Origin: Callorhinchus milii
Lineage: Eukaryota
Reading direction: 5' to 3'
Length of the DNA: 64,000 nt
Assembly: GCF_018977255.1 (NCBI RefSeq)
Contig: NW_024704742.1
Coordinates: 118,422,001-118,486,000, forward strand
The notes below the pieces were generated by a model, which was not told the origin of the DNA, made no database searches, and worked only from the letters and a program-made list of their open reading frames with translations. Below, piece by piece: positions 62,091-64,000 of the stretch. The first letter of the stretch is position 1; every line of letters starts with the position of its first letter. The translations under genes were made by a program, and so were the position numbers.

Positions 62091-64000
62091 CAATTCACTG
62101 ATTCTGATCCTTTACATGTATCTGATACATGTATCATAAAATGAATGGCTGACTAGAGAGAAATCCCTTTTAAAAATATTTTCAACAACAACTTGCATTT
62201 ATAAAGAAAGGGCGCTTCTCATGGGGTAGTTGCCTTGGAGCACTTAGGTTGTCAAGATGATGATTGATGGTTAAATCAGACGGTTAAGTCTAAACTACCA
62301 ACATAAATTTTTTACTGACATACAGAAATTGGGCATTCATACAACATGGGAGAACACATAACATGTACATAGATGAAGGTGATGTGAATGCTCTTTTAAC
62401 TAGAAAACAGCCAAGAACCTGTACCCTTGTGGTCTGATTTGATTATTTCCACTGGCCATCAAATCAGTAACAAGAGCGCATAAATTTAAGATAATCACAA
62501 AAAGAATCAAAAGGAAGTTAGAAAACAATTCTTTACACAGAGGATGGGGGTTAGTATGCAAGATTTTATGCCACAAACTGTTGTTGAGGTAGTATTCATA
62601 AATTTGTTTGAGAATTGTAACGTATGGGGAACGAGTGAGAAAGTAGGATTGGATTATGTTGTTCATATACAATACAAAATTACATTTGTATAGCGTCTTT
62701 CACATCGAGAGGATGTCCCAAGGCGCTGGACAGTCAGGGATTTGGACCCGAGCTGGGGCTTGGCATCAAGAGGGTTGGAGGGCAGGGAGATAGGGGCACA
62801 CGATCTGCAGAGTTTTGGATGATGTGCAGCTCGTGCAGGGAAGAGTTGGGGAGGCCAATGGAAAAAAACACCAGTGAAACGTTAATTGGCCAAATGGCCG
62901 GTTTCTGTGGTGTAACAATCTATGATTCTCTAATTCTCCTTGAACAACATCTGAATAAATAAGCTATTTCTGCCCAGCAGAAACAGGTTTTCTAACGCTG
63001 CTGAATCACTGTTTGCCAGTACAAGCCTTTCAAATAAGAGGCTCCCAAACAGATTTGGTGACAATAACACATATCAAAGCAACATTTAAGGCATCTTTGC
63101 TTTCAGCAGCTTTGATCCAAGTGAGATCCTTACTGTCAAACAACACAGAAGTGTATTATATTTTGGTTACTTGAAAATTCAATGTCACAAATACTCCAAT
63201 TATTGAACCTGTTCATGTTTTACAAGAACAAGATCATGTGACATATTGAGAAAAGGTCTAGTACCAGAAGGTGGGAAAAACACTAACAACTCCTATGAAA
63301 AGTTAGTGTGACATCACAGCTTACTATGCTCTATTCTGTGGCACCAAAAATATACAGCGTAATCAAAATCCTATTCAACACTGGCATAACAACAACCCCA
63401 GTGGCAATACACTTCACATACTTATACCAGCTGCATGAATTAGTTACTACAGTCACTCTCAAGATGCTGAGCATAGCTACTCTCTGCCACAATGTAATAT
63501 GCAAACTGTGCCATATGTTTCATACCACGAGAACAAAGCTTGAAATGTTTAAGAACATTTTGTGACTGAGAACAATTGCAAGAAAAGGAAACAGGTCAGA
63601 GAGGCTAAAAAGAATAAGAATAATAATTTGGTTCCTCAATCCACAAATGTTTGTGGGACACTGCTGTGCGCAATTGTCTGCCACGTTTTGCCCACAAAAT
63701 ATACAGTCAATTCAATTTATAGTATATTCTGTTGAAGCGCTTTGAAACAACAACAACAAAAAATTGCATTTGTATAGCGCCGTTCACGTCAGGAGGTTGT
63801 CCCAAGGTGCTGGACAGTCAGGGGAGGGTAGGTGTAAGGAGGGTGACCGAAGGCACGGTTGAAGAGGATTGTCTTGGAACGGTTCTTGAAGGAGGCTAAG
63901 GGAAGCGGTGAGGTGGAGAGACGGGGGATGGAGTTCCAGAGGGTGGGGGCAGAGAGGCTGAAGGCCCGCCTGCCCGCCAATGGTGGGTCGGGCAAGGCGG

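Noticed and set aside
48700..64000. JMY or another downstream gene
   Set aside because: No CpG island or recognisable exon; ORFs here map to SINE, L2 or CR1 fragments or look random; short exons could have been missed

Overview
Vertebrate genomic DNA, most likely a cartilaginous fish and probably a holocephalan (inferred from tRNA-Ala-headed and Deu-domain SINEs with L2 tails, CR1 LINEs and a Penelope remnant). Three protein-coding genes are present. (1) DMGDH on the minus strand, exons 1-9 (31343 down to 695), continuing off the left edge; intron 3 uses a GC-AG donor. (2) A complete 8-exon BHMT on the plus strand (31776-44524, 412 aa), head-to-head with DMGDH with only 432 bp between the two ATGs; the two enzymes catalyse consecutive steps of betaine catabolism. 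(3) An intact, intronless C12orf57/GRCC10 (protein C10) gene with an N-terminal Q13 tract, nested antisense in DMGDH intron 3, with its own CpG-island promoter and poly(A) signal. BHMT intron 1 holds a 4.6 kb block of repeats: two related minisatellites, a G4-type GC repeat, a polypyrimidine tract, and an approximately 38 bp AT-rich inverted repeat pair bracketing 1.9 kb. The rest is repeat-rich intronic or intergenic DNA; no further gene is recognisable in 45-64 kb. Gene and repeat identities come from remembered sequences, not database searches; repeat boundaries are approximate.
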